Below, one piece after another: positions 55,477 to 64,000 of a stretch of 64,000 bases of DNA. Position 1 is the stretch's first letter. The number at the start of each line of letters is the position of its first letter. The DNA comes from Polyangiaceae bacterium (lineage in GTDB: Bacteria; Myxococcota_A; Polyangia; Polyangiales; Polyangiaceae), in NCBI GenBank assembly GCA_044376115.1, contig JBILLK010000005.1:128001-192000 (forward strand). Reading direction: 5' to 3'. The notes below the pieces were generated by a model, which was given only the letters and a program-made list of their open reading frames with translations, was not told the DNA's origin and did no database searches. The position numbers and the translations under genes were made by a program.

Positions 55477-57174
55477 ATGCAATCCAGCTCCCCAGTGTTT
55501 GCGCTGAGCGATGCTTTTACCACCGACTACGCCAAGGTGGCTCCCGTGGCGGCATCAATGGCAGGCCTTCCCGGCAGGCCCAGCACCTGGGACGACTACA
55601 GCCCCGACGGCGCGAAGGCTGTGCTCAACCTTTGCGCCGACTACCGGCAACGATTGGCAAAGCTGACGCCGGAGCCGTCGAGCCGAGACGGCTTGGCACA
55701 TCAGGTCTTGGCGGACTTCTTGGAGGAGCGCATTGCGTTTTACGAGAGTTGCGACAACCTGATCGATCTAAACAATATTGAAAGCCCAGCGCAGCACGTT
55801 CGCACAGTCTTCGACGTGATGGACATGCGAGCGGCTGAGGACTGGGAAGCCATTGCCCAGCGTCTCGCAGCCTTGGAAGGGGCCTACGCCAACTACCGCA
55901 GCGCACTCTCGCTTGGGCTGTCCCGCGGCCTCAGCGCCTCCAAGCGTCAGGTCGCGGCTGTCATCGAACAGATGGAGGTGCATGCAGGCGCGGAGTCCAG
56001 CTACGCCGATTTGCTTCGTCAATACGATGAGGCGAAGCTGAATGGCGGTTCGCTGCGTGCCGCCCTCGAGCGAGGGGTGACGACCGCAAAGCGCTGCGCC
56101 TCGGAGTTTGCGGCCTATCTTCGAGAGTACGAGCCTCGCGCAACGTCGCGCGACGCAGTGCTTGAAGAACGTTACGCGCGATCGGTGCGACGCTTTCTCG
56201 GCACCGATTTGGATTTGGAGGCAACCTACCGCTGGGGGTTCGAGGAGATCCGAGCGATCGGTGCCGAGATGGAGAAGACAGCTCGCCAGGTCGAGCCGCA
56301 ACGTGCAGTGTCAACGCACCTGGTCCAGGAAGTGATCCAAGCGCTGCAAGCGGACCTCTCTCGGCAGATCTTCGATCGAGAGATCTTTCTCGCGGAAGTG
56401 AAGGCACGTCAGGAGCAGGCTCTCTCCGACTTGTCGGGGACGCACTTCGACATCCCGGAACAGATCCGGCGAGTGGACGTCAAACTTGGCCCAAAGGGTG
56501 GCCCCATCGGTGCCTACTACGTTCCGCCGAATGAGGACTTCTCGCGCCCCGGAACCATCTACTACTCACCGGCTGAAGGCGCGCCGTACCTGCTCTTTAG
56601 CGAGATTACGACCGCCTACCATGAGGGCTTCCCCGGGCATCACTTGCAGTGTGGTCTGCAAGTGCACTTCGCTGAATCGCTGAGTCGCTTTCACCGGCTG
56701 TTCGTCGTCTCGAGTGGCTACGCCGAGGGCTGGGCACTCTACGCGGAGAGCCTGATGGCAGAGCTCGGTTACTACGAGCGTCCTGAGTATCTGCTGGGGA
56801 TGCATATGGCGAAAATGTTCCGAGCTTGTCGCGTTGTCGCGGACATCGGTGCCCACTTGGAGCTCAAGATCCCCTCTGACTTCGACTTTCACCCGGGGGA
56901 GACGTGGAACTGGGCACTGGTTGCAGAGCTGCTGCAAACCAAGGCACTCATGCCAAAAGCCAGCGCTGAGAGCGAGGCAACCCGGTATCTCGGCTGGCCG
57001 GCGCAAGCGATCAGCTACAAGGTTGGCGAGCGCACGATTCTGGAGTTGCGTGACGAGCTGCGGTCGTCCAAAAGCTTCAGTCTGCGCGCCTTCCACGAGG
57101 CAGTCCTCTCAACGGGCAGCGTTGGTCTCGATGTGTTGAAGGGCCATGTGCGGCGGCGTTTTGCTCAAGGCTAA
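55477..57174 (+). CDS. DUF885 family protein (putative metallopeptidase fold)
   Basis: AYY.PP..D.SRPG, YHEGFPGHHLQ, YAEGWALYAE, RACRVVAD.G.H and RY..WPAQAISYK.G. Confidence 0.92.
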   Translation: MQSSSPVFALSDAFTTDYAKVAPVAASMAGLPGRPSTWDDYSPDGAKAVLNLCADYRQRLAKLTPEPSSRDGLAHQVLADFLEERIAFYESCDNLIDLNNIESPAQHVRTVFDVMDMRAAEDWEAIAQRLAALEGAYANYRSALSLGLSRGLSASKRQVAAVIEQMEVHAGAESSYADLLRQYDEAKLNGGSLRAALERGVTTAKRCASEFAAYLREYEPRATSRDAVLEERYARSVRRFLGTDLDLEATYRWGFEEIRAIGAEMEKTARQVEPQRAVSTHLVQEVIQALQADLSRQIFDREIFLAEVKARQEQALSDLSGTHFDIPEQIRRVDVKLGPKGGPIGAYYVPPNEDFSRPGTIYYSPAEGAPYLLFSEITTAYHEGFPGHHLQCGLQVHFAESLSRFHRLFVVSSGYAEGWALYAESLMAELGYYERPEYLLGMHMAKMFRACRVVADIGAHLELKIPSDFDFHPGETWNWALVAELLQTKALMPKASAESEATRYLGWPAQAISYKVGERTILELRDELRSSKSFSLRAFHEAVLSTGSVGLDVLKGHVRRRFAQG

Positions 57175-59267
57175 ACGACGCTACGAAGTAGAGTTTGCCG
57201 CCTTCGCGTTGGCGCCAGTGAGACCGGCACCAAACACATGAACTCATCTTCGGCCATCGGCTTCTCGAACAGGTAACCCTGGGCCTCATCGCAGCCGACC
57301 TCTTGCAGGAAGCGGGCTTGCCAGGCGCTCTCCACACCCTCCGCTATTACGCGAAAACCTAGCCGATGCGACATCTTGACGATGGTCTCGACCATGGCTT
57401 GATCGCGGTCATCTTCCTGCATGCCCCGGACGAAACACTGATCGATCTTGACGTAGTCGAGCGGTAGTTTCTTCAGGTAACGAAGGCTGGAGTAGCCAGT
57501 TCCAAAGTCATCGAGAGCGAGCTTGAGCCCCAGGTCGCGAAGCGACGTAAGGGAGTGAATGGTGCGCCCTGAGTCATTGAGCAGCAGCCCTTCCGTTATC
57601 TCGATGTGAAGAAGCTCAGGGTTGGCACCGCTAGCCGCAAGGGCGTTCTGCACAAGTTCGGGTACGTCCTGTTCGGCGAACTGTCGCGCGGACACATTCA
57701 CCGAGATCGGCAAGTCGATGTAACCAAGGTTGCTTCGTTCCGCGAGGATGTGACAGACCCTTTGGATCACCCAGGCCCCTAGCCCGAGGATGAGATCGGT
57801 CTCTTCTGCGATGGGGATGAACTCGTTCGGGGGGATCGCCCCGCGGTCCGCGTCGGTCCAGCGCAATAGCGCCTCTGCACCGCAAACCATCTGCGAGCCC
57901 AGCGAAACCTTCGGTTGGTAGTTGAGCCGCAGCTCGTTCTTCAGCATCGCCTGTCGCAGGCGCGTCTCGATGTCGACCCGAAGGTGGCTGCGCGTCTCCA
58001 TGTCCGGGGCGTAGTAGCGGACGGTGTTGCCACCTGCCGCATGTGCGCGCCGGGCCGCGATACTCGCATCGCGGAGCAACTCGGATGGGACGGTGGTGTC
58101 GTGGGGGAAGAGCGCAACTCCGATGCTGGGGGTGATCGTCACTGGACGATCCTGAATGTGCATCGGTTTGGTCAGCTCCCCAAGGATCGACTTGCACCGC
58201 GTAACGATCTGCTGCGAGTTGTGGAAGCCGCGGAGCACCAGGGCGAACTCCCCGCCGCCCAACCGCGCAGCCGTTTCATCCGGTCGTATGAGGTTGGTCA
58301 GCGTGAGTCCCATGGTCGTCAGAATGCGATTGCCTTCTTCGAAGCCAAAGGCGTCGTTGAGTAGGTGGAAGCGGTCCAAGTTGACCACCAGCACGGCCAC
58401 GCCTTCGTTGGAACGCATCGCATCAAACACCGCCACCTGCAGGCGGTCGTTGAGCAACCCACGGTTGGGCAGACCCGTGAGCGCGTCGGTATAAGCACTG
58501 CGCTCGAGTTCGCTTTGATATCGCCTGAGCTCAGAGATGTCGCTCATCACAACTTGGACGAGTTCAGCCGCTCCGGGCGTGCGACTTGCCTCGATCACCG
58601 CGGCGAAGGTGCGGCCGTCACGGCGGTGCACCTCGAGCTCTACCGACCCGCCACCATCGCTCTCGAAAGCCCTGGCGATCACATCGTGTAAAGCCGACGG
58701 ATCCTCCCCCGCAACTTCCGTCAGCGATGACCCTTCGAGTCGACCGCTGCCACCAGCCGCGAGCAATTTGGCCATGGCTCGGTTCGCTCGCCGAACGATG
58801 AGGTCCCGACCGACTAAGATCCACGCTGCGGGGCAGTGGTCCACCAACGTGTCGGCGTCGGAGTGTTCGAGGTCGAGCCCCCGAACGCGCCGCAATCGAG
58901 CGAGCAGCGACAGCTTGGCGCGCAGGTCGATGGCATCGACTGGGGTCGTGAGCAGTTCATCCGCTTGCGCCTCGAGGGCTCGTTCGCGCAAAGCCTCATC
59001 AGCCTTGCTTACGAGGACGATCACCTGCGAGTCACGATCCTCTCGTCGCAACGCGCGCAAGAACTCGAGCGGCGTTGCTCCTGCCATTTGCGCGGAACAG
59101 AGCGTGAGCTCGGGCGGCGCATCGGTCATTGCCTGCCGAGCCGCTTTCACGTCGGAGGCGAAGACAGGGCTGTAGCCCTCCGCGGAGAGGAGTCGTTCAA
59201 GCGTGCTCCGGTCTTTGCTGTCGCTGGTGACAACGAGCACGGTCGGCTTCGGCATCAGGGTTCCCAT
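57171..59267 (-). CDS. Pseudo-REC-PAS-degenerate GGDEF-EAL protein, likely c-di-GMP phosphodiesterase
   Basis: REC lacks the phospho-Asp; PAS (RRDG.TF); DALTGLPNR; GGGEF; EAL domain intact (EALLRW, VNVS, EITE, DDFGTGYSS, KID, EGVE, QGY). Confidence 0.92.
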   Translation of the reverse strand: MGTLMPKPTVLVVTSDSKDRSTLERLLSAEGYSPVFASDVKAARQAMTDAPPELTLCSAQMAGATPLEFLRALRREDRDSQVIVLVSKADEALRERALEAQADELLTTPVDAIDLRAKLSLLARLRRVRGLDLEHSDADTLVDHCPAAWILVGRDLIVRRANRAMAKLLAAGGSGRLEGSSLTEVAGEDPSALHDVIARAFESDGGGSVELEVHRRDGRTFAAVIEASRTPGAAELVQVVMSDISELRRYQSELERSAYTDALTGLPNRGLLNDRLQVAVFDAMRSNEGVAVLVVNLDRFHLLNDAFGFEEGNRILTTMGLTLTNLIRPDETAARLGGGEFALVLRGFHNSQQIVTRCKSILGELTKPMHIQDRPVTITPSIGVALFPHDTTVPSELLRDASIAARRAHAAGGNTVRYYAPDMETRSHLRVDIETRLRQAMLKNELRLNYQPKVSLGSQMVCGAEALLRWTDADRGAIPPNEFIPIAEETDLILGLGAWVIQRVCHILAERSNLGYIDLPISVNVSARQFAEQDVPELVQNALAASGANPELLHIEITEGLLLNDSGRTIHSLTSLRDLGLKLALDDFGTGYSSLRYLKKLPLDYVKIDQCFVRGMQEDDRDQAMVETIVKMSHRLGFRVIAEGVESAWQARFLQEVGCDEAQGYLFEKPMAEDEFMCLVPVSLAPTRRRQTLLRSVV

Positions 59268-60893
59268 CTAGCCCTGGTCAGCGAAGGGGCCAGCCTTTTC
59301 GATCTCTGTCACGAGCATGCGCATCGAGACTGGCCGCGCGATGTAGCCAGTGGCGCCAGCCTGCTTGAAGCGCATTTCATCGCCAGGCAGTGAGAGCGAA
59401 CAGGTTGTCAAAGTGGGGACCTGAGCAAGATTGTCACTGTGGGAGTCGCGGAAAGCGCGCAGCAGCTGCAACCCACCACCTTCTGGAATCTCGGCCTCCA
59501 GCACCATGACGTCTGGTCGAAACATCGCCGAGAGGTCGCGGGCTTCGTCGTAGCTCGTTGCAACCAGTACGCGGTGTCCACGGGCGCGGAGGCAGGGTTG
59601 CAACAACGTGTTCACGCTGTCGGTGGGGTCCACGATCATCACCAACAGGTTTTGCCAAGAGGTTCGGGTAGACGGCCTTGCTTCAGTCACGCGATGGGGA
59701 ATACCGACGGAGAAGCGGTTACCGCCCTCCCTTCGCTCGAGAGCCAAGCCGCCGCCGTGCATTGCCGCCAATCGATGCACTAGCGAGATGCCAACGCCAA
59801 GGCCTGCGCAGTGCTGTGACAGCGTTGAGTCCGCCTCTGAGAATGGCGAAAAGATCTTCCGACAGTCGTCGTCGCTCAACGTGGTGCCGGTGTCAGAAAC
59901 GTCGAAGCGAATCGCCTCCCGCTCCGGATCGGCGATGACCTCAAACCCGATGCGCGAGCCCGTATCCGAGAGACGAATCGCATTTTCGAGCATGGTCGCG
60001 ATCATTTGTTGGATTCGTGATTCGTCACCACGAACCGTCTCTGCGCGCGGGTCCAACGCGAACACGATGCGCACTCCCTTGGTCTGCGCCTGATCGCGAA
60101 CCGTCTTCATCGCATTCTCGCTGATGGTGCGCACATCGCATTGACCCATGGCGAGAACGGTGTCGCCCGACTCGATCTTGGCGAGCTCCAGAATGTCGTT
60201 TACTAGCGAGAGCAGGTGCCGGCCGCTCTCATGGACTGCATCGAGCGCTTGCTTTTGCTGCTCGGTGAGCGGCCCAAGGTTCTCCTGCTTCATGGCTTTT
60301 GAGAGTCCCAGCAGGCTGCTTATCGGCGTGCGCAGCTCCTTGCTCATGCTGGCAAGGAACGCCGGATGCGGAACCGACTTGGGGCGCGGAGCTTTGGCGC
60401 CTTCAGTCAAAGCAGCTTGCACCAACTCCGACTCGAGCCAGCGTGACAAGCTCCCGATCATCTCGATATCGCCTTCGTTGAAGGCCGCACGCGGCTTCCG
60501 ACTGGTGAACTCGAGTACGCCCACTGTACGTCCGTCGACAACGATGGGCGCGCCGATGTAGGACGCGTCTCCAAGCTCGCAGAGTCGCTTCGCGTAGGTC
60601 GAGGTCGAAGCCTTGGCGTCATGCACCACCACCACATCGCGCATGGCCACACCGGGCGGGCCAATCAATGAGGGCGGCGGCTCATCTTCCTCGGTCCTTC
60701 GACCATGAACGATCAGTGTGTCTTTGGCTGCCTCGCTGAAGGTCGCGACCTCCAGGCTGAAGTAGCGCAGACCAAGGTGGAGCACCGTGTTCACTGTCTC
60801 GCGTATCGCTCCATCGCGAAGCACCTGGCTTGCACGATCAGCGGGGACGAGCGAACGGGGGCGGGGCGAAAGAGAGTGGACTTCGAGATTCAC
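59268..60893 (-). CDS. GAF-HisKA-HATPase-REC hybrid, pseudokinase (H-box His replaced by Lys)
   Basis: GAF (SYIGAPIVVDGRTVGVL); H-box FLASMSKELRTP; altered N/G boxes (MLENAIR, DTGTT, AGLGVG); REC with Glu at the phospho-Asp position. Confidence 0.88.
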   Translation of the reverse strand: MNLEVHSLSPRPRSLVPADRASQVLRDGAIRETVNTVLHLGLRYFSLEVATFSEAAKDTLIVHGRRTEEDEPPPSLIGPPGVAMRDVVVVHDAKASTSTYAKRLCELGDASYIGAPIVVDGRTVGVLEFTSRKPRAAFNEGDIEMIGSLSRWLESELVQAALTEGAKAPRPKSVPHPAFLASMSKELRTPISSLLGLSKAMKQENLGPLTEQQKQALDAVHESGRHLLSLVNDILELAKIESGDTVLAMGQCDVRTISENAMKTVRDQAQTKGVRIVFALDPRAETVRGDESRIQQMIATMLENAIRLSDTGSRIGFEVIADPEREAIRFDVSDTGTTLSDDDCRKIFSPFSEADSTLSQHCAGLGVGISLVHRLAAMHGGGLALERREGGNRFSVGIPHRVTEARPSTRTSWQNLLVMIVDPTDSVNTLLQPCLRARGHRVLVATSYDEARDLSAMFRPDVMVLEAEIPEGGGLQLLRAFRDSHSDNLAQVPTLTTCSLSLPGDEMRFKQAGATGYIARPVSMRMLVTEIEKAGPFADQG

Positions 60894-60904
60894 GCTAAGC
60901 CCCT

Positions 60905-60920
60905 AGCGAAAGCGGTGCCA
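60905..60920 (-). promoter_or_regulatory. Candidate sigma54 (-24/-12) promoter
   Basis: The minus strand reads TGGCACCGCTTTCGCT, with TGGCAC and exact GG-N10-GC spacing, 12 nt upstream of the GTG at 60893. Confidence 0.6.
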
Positions 60921-61138
60921 AAGGCGAGTTCCGCTTGGCGAGGGCATCGATAAGGCTTTCCTGCAGAATTCCGCACGCGATAGCGTCGAAAGCGCGACGC
61001 TTCTACGTCATGCGATTGGCGAGCAATACTGCCCACGCAGGCCGACATCGACCGACGTGTGACCCCAGTTTGATACAACTCGCTAGCAAGACCCCCATGC
61101 CTTCGCCAGGCGGGTAGCATTGCGTGCAGGAGTTCGCG

Positions 61139-61549
61139 ATGTTCCGGATCAAGCGGGAGCAGATGGAGTTCTTCAACGCGAAGACGCGAGAGAAGTTCTG
61201 CCAGATGATGGTGGGCTACCTGCGTGAGAGCTTCACAGAGTGGGTGGAGGTCATGTCGCCGGAGGCTCTCAACAGCTGGGTCGAAGCAGCCGTCGACAAG
61301 GCCGACTCGTACCGGGTTCGCACTGAGCCTGAGGCTGCGCAGTTGATCTTGCTGTTCTTGCTTCTAGGAATTGAGGCCGACAAAGAGCTCGAATGGTTCG
61401 GAGCAATCCTTGAGAGCCGCACTCTTGCTGCGGAGGGAAAGGTCCGCCGCCTGATTCGGACGGCTCGCGCAAACGAGGTCGAGGACTTGGAGCAAGTGAT
61501 CGTCTACGCCGAATTTGATGCGGCCCACCCAAGTGAACTTACGGATTGA
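61139..61549 (+). CDS. Small hypothetical protein resembling accessory proteins seen near T6SS/eCIS effector loci
   Basis: RBS AGGAG before ATG 61139; MFRIKREQM.FF...F...M..YL...F...A..Y.V.TE pattern. The family resemblance is from memory only. Confidence 0.6.
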   Translation: MFRIKREQMEFFNAKTREKFCQMMVGYLRESFTEWVEVMSPEALNSWVEAAVDKADSYRVRTEPEAAQLILLFLLLGIEADKELEWFGAILESRTLAAEGKVRRLIRTARANEVEDLEQVIVYAEFDAAHPSELTD

Positions 61550-63459
61550 GCGGGGACATCATGGGACCAGGAACGCAACCGAGTAAACCGCAGCCGACCA
61601 AACCGCAGCCGGCCAAACCGCAGCCGACGAAGCCGCCTGTAGCGAAGCCGGCCCCCGCGCCACCGAAGACGCAACCTCAGAAGCAAGCGACGCAGGCGAA
61701 GTGTGATTGCCCCTTAGCAGTCGCCAAACCCTGCGACGTTGACACGTTGAACATTGAGTTTGAGCACTCGATCGACGACCCGGATGTGCCCCCGCCGAAG
61801 GGAACGACGGCTGGCTCTCTGCCGAAGAAGAAAGAGTTCGCGCAGGCGATCAACCGCCTGCGACACAACAAGGTGATGATCGGGAACGAGCCGGCTCGCG
61901 ATCCTGCGCTCGCTGCGTACGATCTCGTGATTGAGACCATCGCCGACTACAACGCCGCCGAAACGCCCAAATCCGCGAGCTTTGATGACCCGGGCGACAT
62001 CGTCACCCTGAAGTCGATTCACGCGGGGTTCAGTACGCCTGACTGTCCAAGAGACGAGCACGCGCTGCTGACTGTCACCGCCAAGACGAAAGCGCCCGAA
62101 CTCAAGCCCCTCGTGATTAGGAGGCAGGGCGTGAGCTCGATCAACTATGAGCAAGACCACCGATTGTTCGGTCCGACCTTCTTGTTTGACATGCACAAGA
62201 TGGGGAGCGGCGCCTTCGTTCTGTTTGAGTGGATCATCAGCCTGTTTGCGGCGTCCAAACCCAAGGAGATCGAGATCGTTGCGCAGGCCTGTGGAACCCG
62301 CGCAAAGGGTGCCACCAAGCCGATCAATCGAGACATCAAGGCGCTGCTGCGGATTCATCGTCGGGACAAATGGACGATCGGCGTCAAGGTTCCGCCGCTC
62401 GGTCAGTTCAAGCACGAGCATCGCCGCGAAGCCGATTGGAACAAGCCGAAGCAGGTCTTTACCAATCCAGGACAGACCGTGACATCGGGTGAGCGGCGCA
62501 TCGGGACCAGCGCTCGCGCCTACGAGACGACCGTCGACATTAACGTTGGTAATGGTCTCGCTGGCAACGCGTACGGCACGCTCATCGGTCGACGGGTGGA
62601 GCGGTACAGCGATCAAGATGGCCACGCGGTCAGGGCCACCCGCATCAACCGGACTGGAGACATACGGTTCAACTACAAGGCGGTAACCGAGCGTCTCGCG
62701 AAGCCTTCCGCTGGGTTTGAACTTGTCTTTGCACGCAACGACCGAGAGATTGGCAGCAAGGATCTCATCGAGGCGGTTCGCGAGCTAAAGGCCTGCGTGA
62801 CCAACCTAGCGTTGGCGATGGGGGCGGTGAAAGACCTCTTCAAGAAGGTTCCGCAGGCGGGCTTCAAGTTCGAGTTCAACCTCAACGTGCTCTGCGGCTA
62901 CGCAGTGGTCGAGTGGGGGCCCAAGAACGCCGCCTGCATCGATAAGCGATACTGGCCCGTCTACACCCAGTTCAAGCTCAAGCTGGCGATGGAAATCGTC
63001 AACATGCGGTTGGCGCTCAGCTTCGGCGTTGATGTTACTTGTGGCGGCGAGCGTTGGAAGACCGGCATCGTCGTGAAGATCGAGGGCAGCCTTGCCTTCA
63101 AGATCGCCATTGATAAGGAGATCCGTGCTTTTCAAGGCCCCTGCCCACCAAAGCTCAAATCCAAGGGCCCACCCAAGTTTGGCGTCGCGGGAGATTGCCA
63201 AGGCGAGCTCACCCCGTACGCAAGTGCTTATCTGGCCGGCTATACCGTCACGGATGCGAGAGCGGCGTTGACCTCCGGGCTCGAGTTCAAGGGCGAGTTC
63301 GTCTATGACCTGCCCAACAAGAACATCGGCCTCAAGGGAGAACTGAAGTCGAAGTCGTTGGTCTTGACTGCGTCGTTCAAGGCTCCTGGCTGGAGTACTC
63401 CAAGGGCCATCGACCCGGTCGAGATCTTGAAGGCAACTTCGATCCATACGTTCAAGTAG
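61546..63459 (+). CDS. Large hypothetical protein with KPQP repeats and beta-rich C-terminus (possible secreted cargo)
   Basis: 637-aa ORF with strong GC3 bias, overlapping the upstream stop (alternative ATG 61561). No signal peptide. The C-terminal region has alternating-hydrophobic beta strands. Confidence 0.75.
   Translation: MSGDIMGPGTQPSKPQPTKPQPAKPQPTKPPVAKPAPAPPKTQPQKQATQAKCDCPLAVAKPCDVDTLNIEFEHSIDDPDVPPPKGTTAGSLPKKKEFAQAINRLRHNKVMIGNEPARDPALAAYDLVIETIADYNAAETPKSASFDDPGDIVTLKSIHAGFSTPDCPRDEHALLTVTAKTKAPELKPLVIRRQGVSSINYEQDHRLFGPTFLFDMHKMGSGAFVLFEWIISLFAASKPKEIEIVAQACGTRAKGATKPINRDIKALLRIHRRDKWTIGVKVPPLGQFKHEHRREADWNKPKQVFTNPGQTVTSGERRIGTSARAYETTVDINVGNGLAGNAYGTLIGRRVERYSDQDGHAVRATRINRTGDIRFNYKAVTERLAKPSAGFELVFARNDREIGSKDLIEAVRELKACVTNLALAMGAVKDLFKKVPQAGFKFEFNLNVLCGYAVVEWGPKNAACIDKRYWPVYTQFKLKLAMEIVNMRLALSFGVDVTCGGERWKTGIVVKIEGSLAFKIAIDKEIRAFQGPCPPKLKSKGPPKFGVAGDCQGELTPYASAYLAGYTVTDARAALTSGLEFKGEFVYDLPNKNIGLKGELKSKSLVLTASFKAPGWSTPRAIDPVEILKATSIHTFK
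61585..61629 (+). repeat. 3 x 15-bp tandem repeat (KPQPT/A)
   Basis: AAACCGCAGCCGACC AAACCGCAGCCGGCC AAACCGCAGCCGACG. Confidence 0.9.
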
Positions 63460-63460
63460 A

Positions 63461-64000
63461 ATGAGCGAGCCTGATTCGGTCATCATGTCGCAGCTTGAGA
63501 TCAAGGGCTGCGCCGCGGTTCTCTATCTCAACGGCGTCCCAATTACGCGGCTGACGCCTGAGACGGTCGCGGGCGAGAACTGCGCCGTGCAGCAGTGGCT
63601 CACGCGAGGTGAAAACAAGCTTGAACTGCTGGTCGAACCAGGGCCGACCCCAAGCTTGGCGCGCGCTCCCTCGTTCGAACTCGATCGCAAAGAGATGCGG
63701 GCCGTTGCGCGCCTGCTCAAGTTCAAAGAGGGAGACGACGGGACCGCGCAGAGCGGGACGCTGCTGACAGAGGTCCGCTTTGAGTGGGACGCGGAGAAGC
63801 CCGACAAGCTGACGTTCCCCTTATCCGTCTTCACGAGCACGCAGCTCGGTTCGAGCTTTGGTCCTTGGGCATGGCAGAGCTACCCCGACCTTGTCCTTGA
63901 TCAAGCGCTGCTCGAAGAGGCCCGCGCGATCTTGCTCGAGCTCGACGCCGCTGTGCGAGGCAATCACGCGGATCGGATCTGGCAGCTGACCGAGCTCCAG
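63461..64000 (+). CDS. Hypothetical protein, runs off the right edge
   Basis: ATG 1 bp after the previous stop, open to the window end: MSEPDSVIMSQLEIKGCAAVLYLNGVPITRL...VQQWLTRGENKLELLV...PWAWQ. Absent from the ORF track. Confidence 0.8.
   Translation, partial: MSEPDSVIMSQLEIKGCAAVLYLNGVPITRLTPETVAGENCAVQQWLTRGENKLELLVEPGPTPSLARAPSFELDRKEMRAVARLLKFKEGDDGTAQSGTLLTEVRFEWDAEKPDKLTFPLSVFTSTQLGSSFGPWAWQSYPDLVLDQALLEEARAILLELDAAVRGNHADRIWQLTELQ

Noticed and set aside
63523..63840. Minus-strand 105-aa ORF
   Set aside because: It is a shadow of the plus-strand gene starting at 63461.
1..64000. tRNA/rRNA genes, CRISPR arrays, IS elements, integrases, prophage genes
   Set aside because: None were recognised; intergenic gaps are short and no repeat-spacer periodicity or transposase motifs were seen by eye.

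Overview
This is a gene-dense chromosomal window, most likely from a myxobacterium of the Polyangiaceae/Sorangiineae type. Supporting signs are a MYXO-CTERM protein, DUF4215 Cys repeats, a TIGR02266-like domain, TPR-PEGA, a DUF1592/DUF1552 pair and two kinase-STAND-TPR proteins. Housekeeping genes are polA (5' part, running off the left edge and absent from the ORF track), argC-argB, murF-murD and a CysJ-like diflavin reductase. I saw no tRNA, rRNA, CRISPR array, transposase or integrase. The most unusual content is: (1) a membrane module of a YqiJ/NfeD-like protein, a mini-SPFH paralog, a flotillin and a 2106-aa AAA+ ATPase with 13 Gln-patterned heptads and a PilZ-like tail; (2) a VIT-vWA / ECF sigma / small-protein operon with an ECF-type promoter overlapping an RBS-sequestering stem; (3) a sigma54-type locus where the histidine kinase, both receivers and the GGDEF domain are degenerate but the EAL domain is intact; (4) an RHH gene and an FHA gene in one frame separated by a single TGA; (5) the start of a possible T6SS/eCIS cargo locus at the right edge. 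All family calls come from recognising motifs by eye; no database searches were run.
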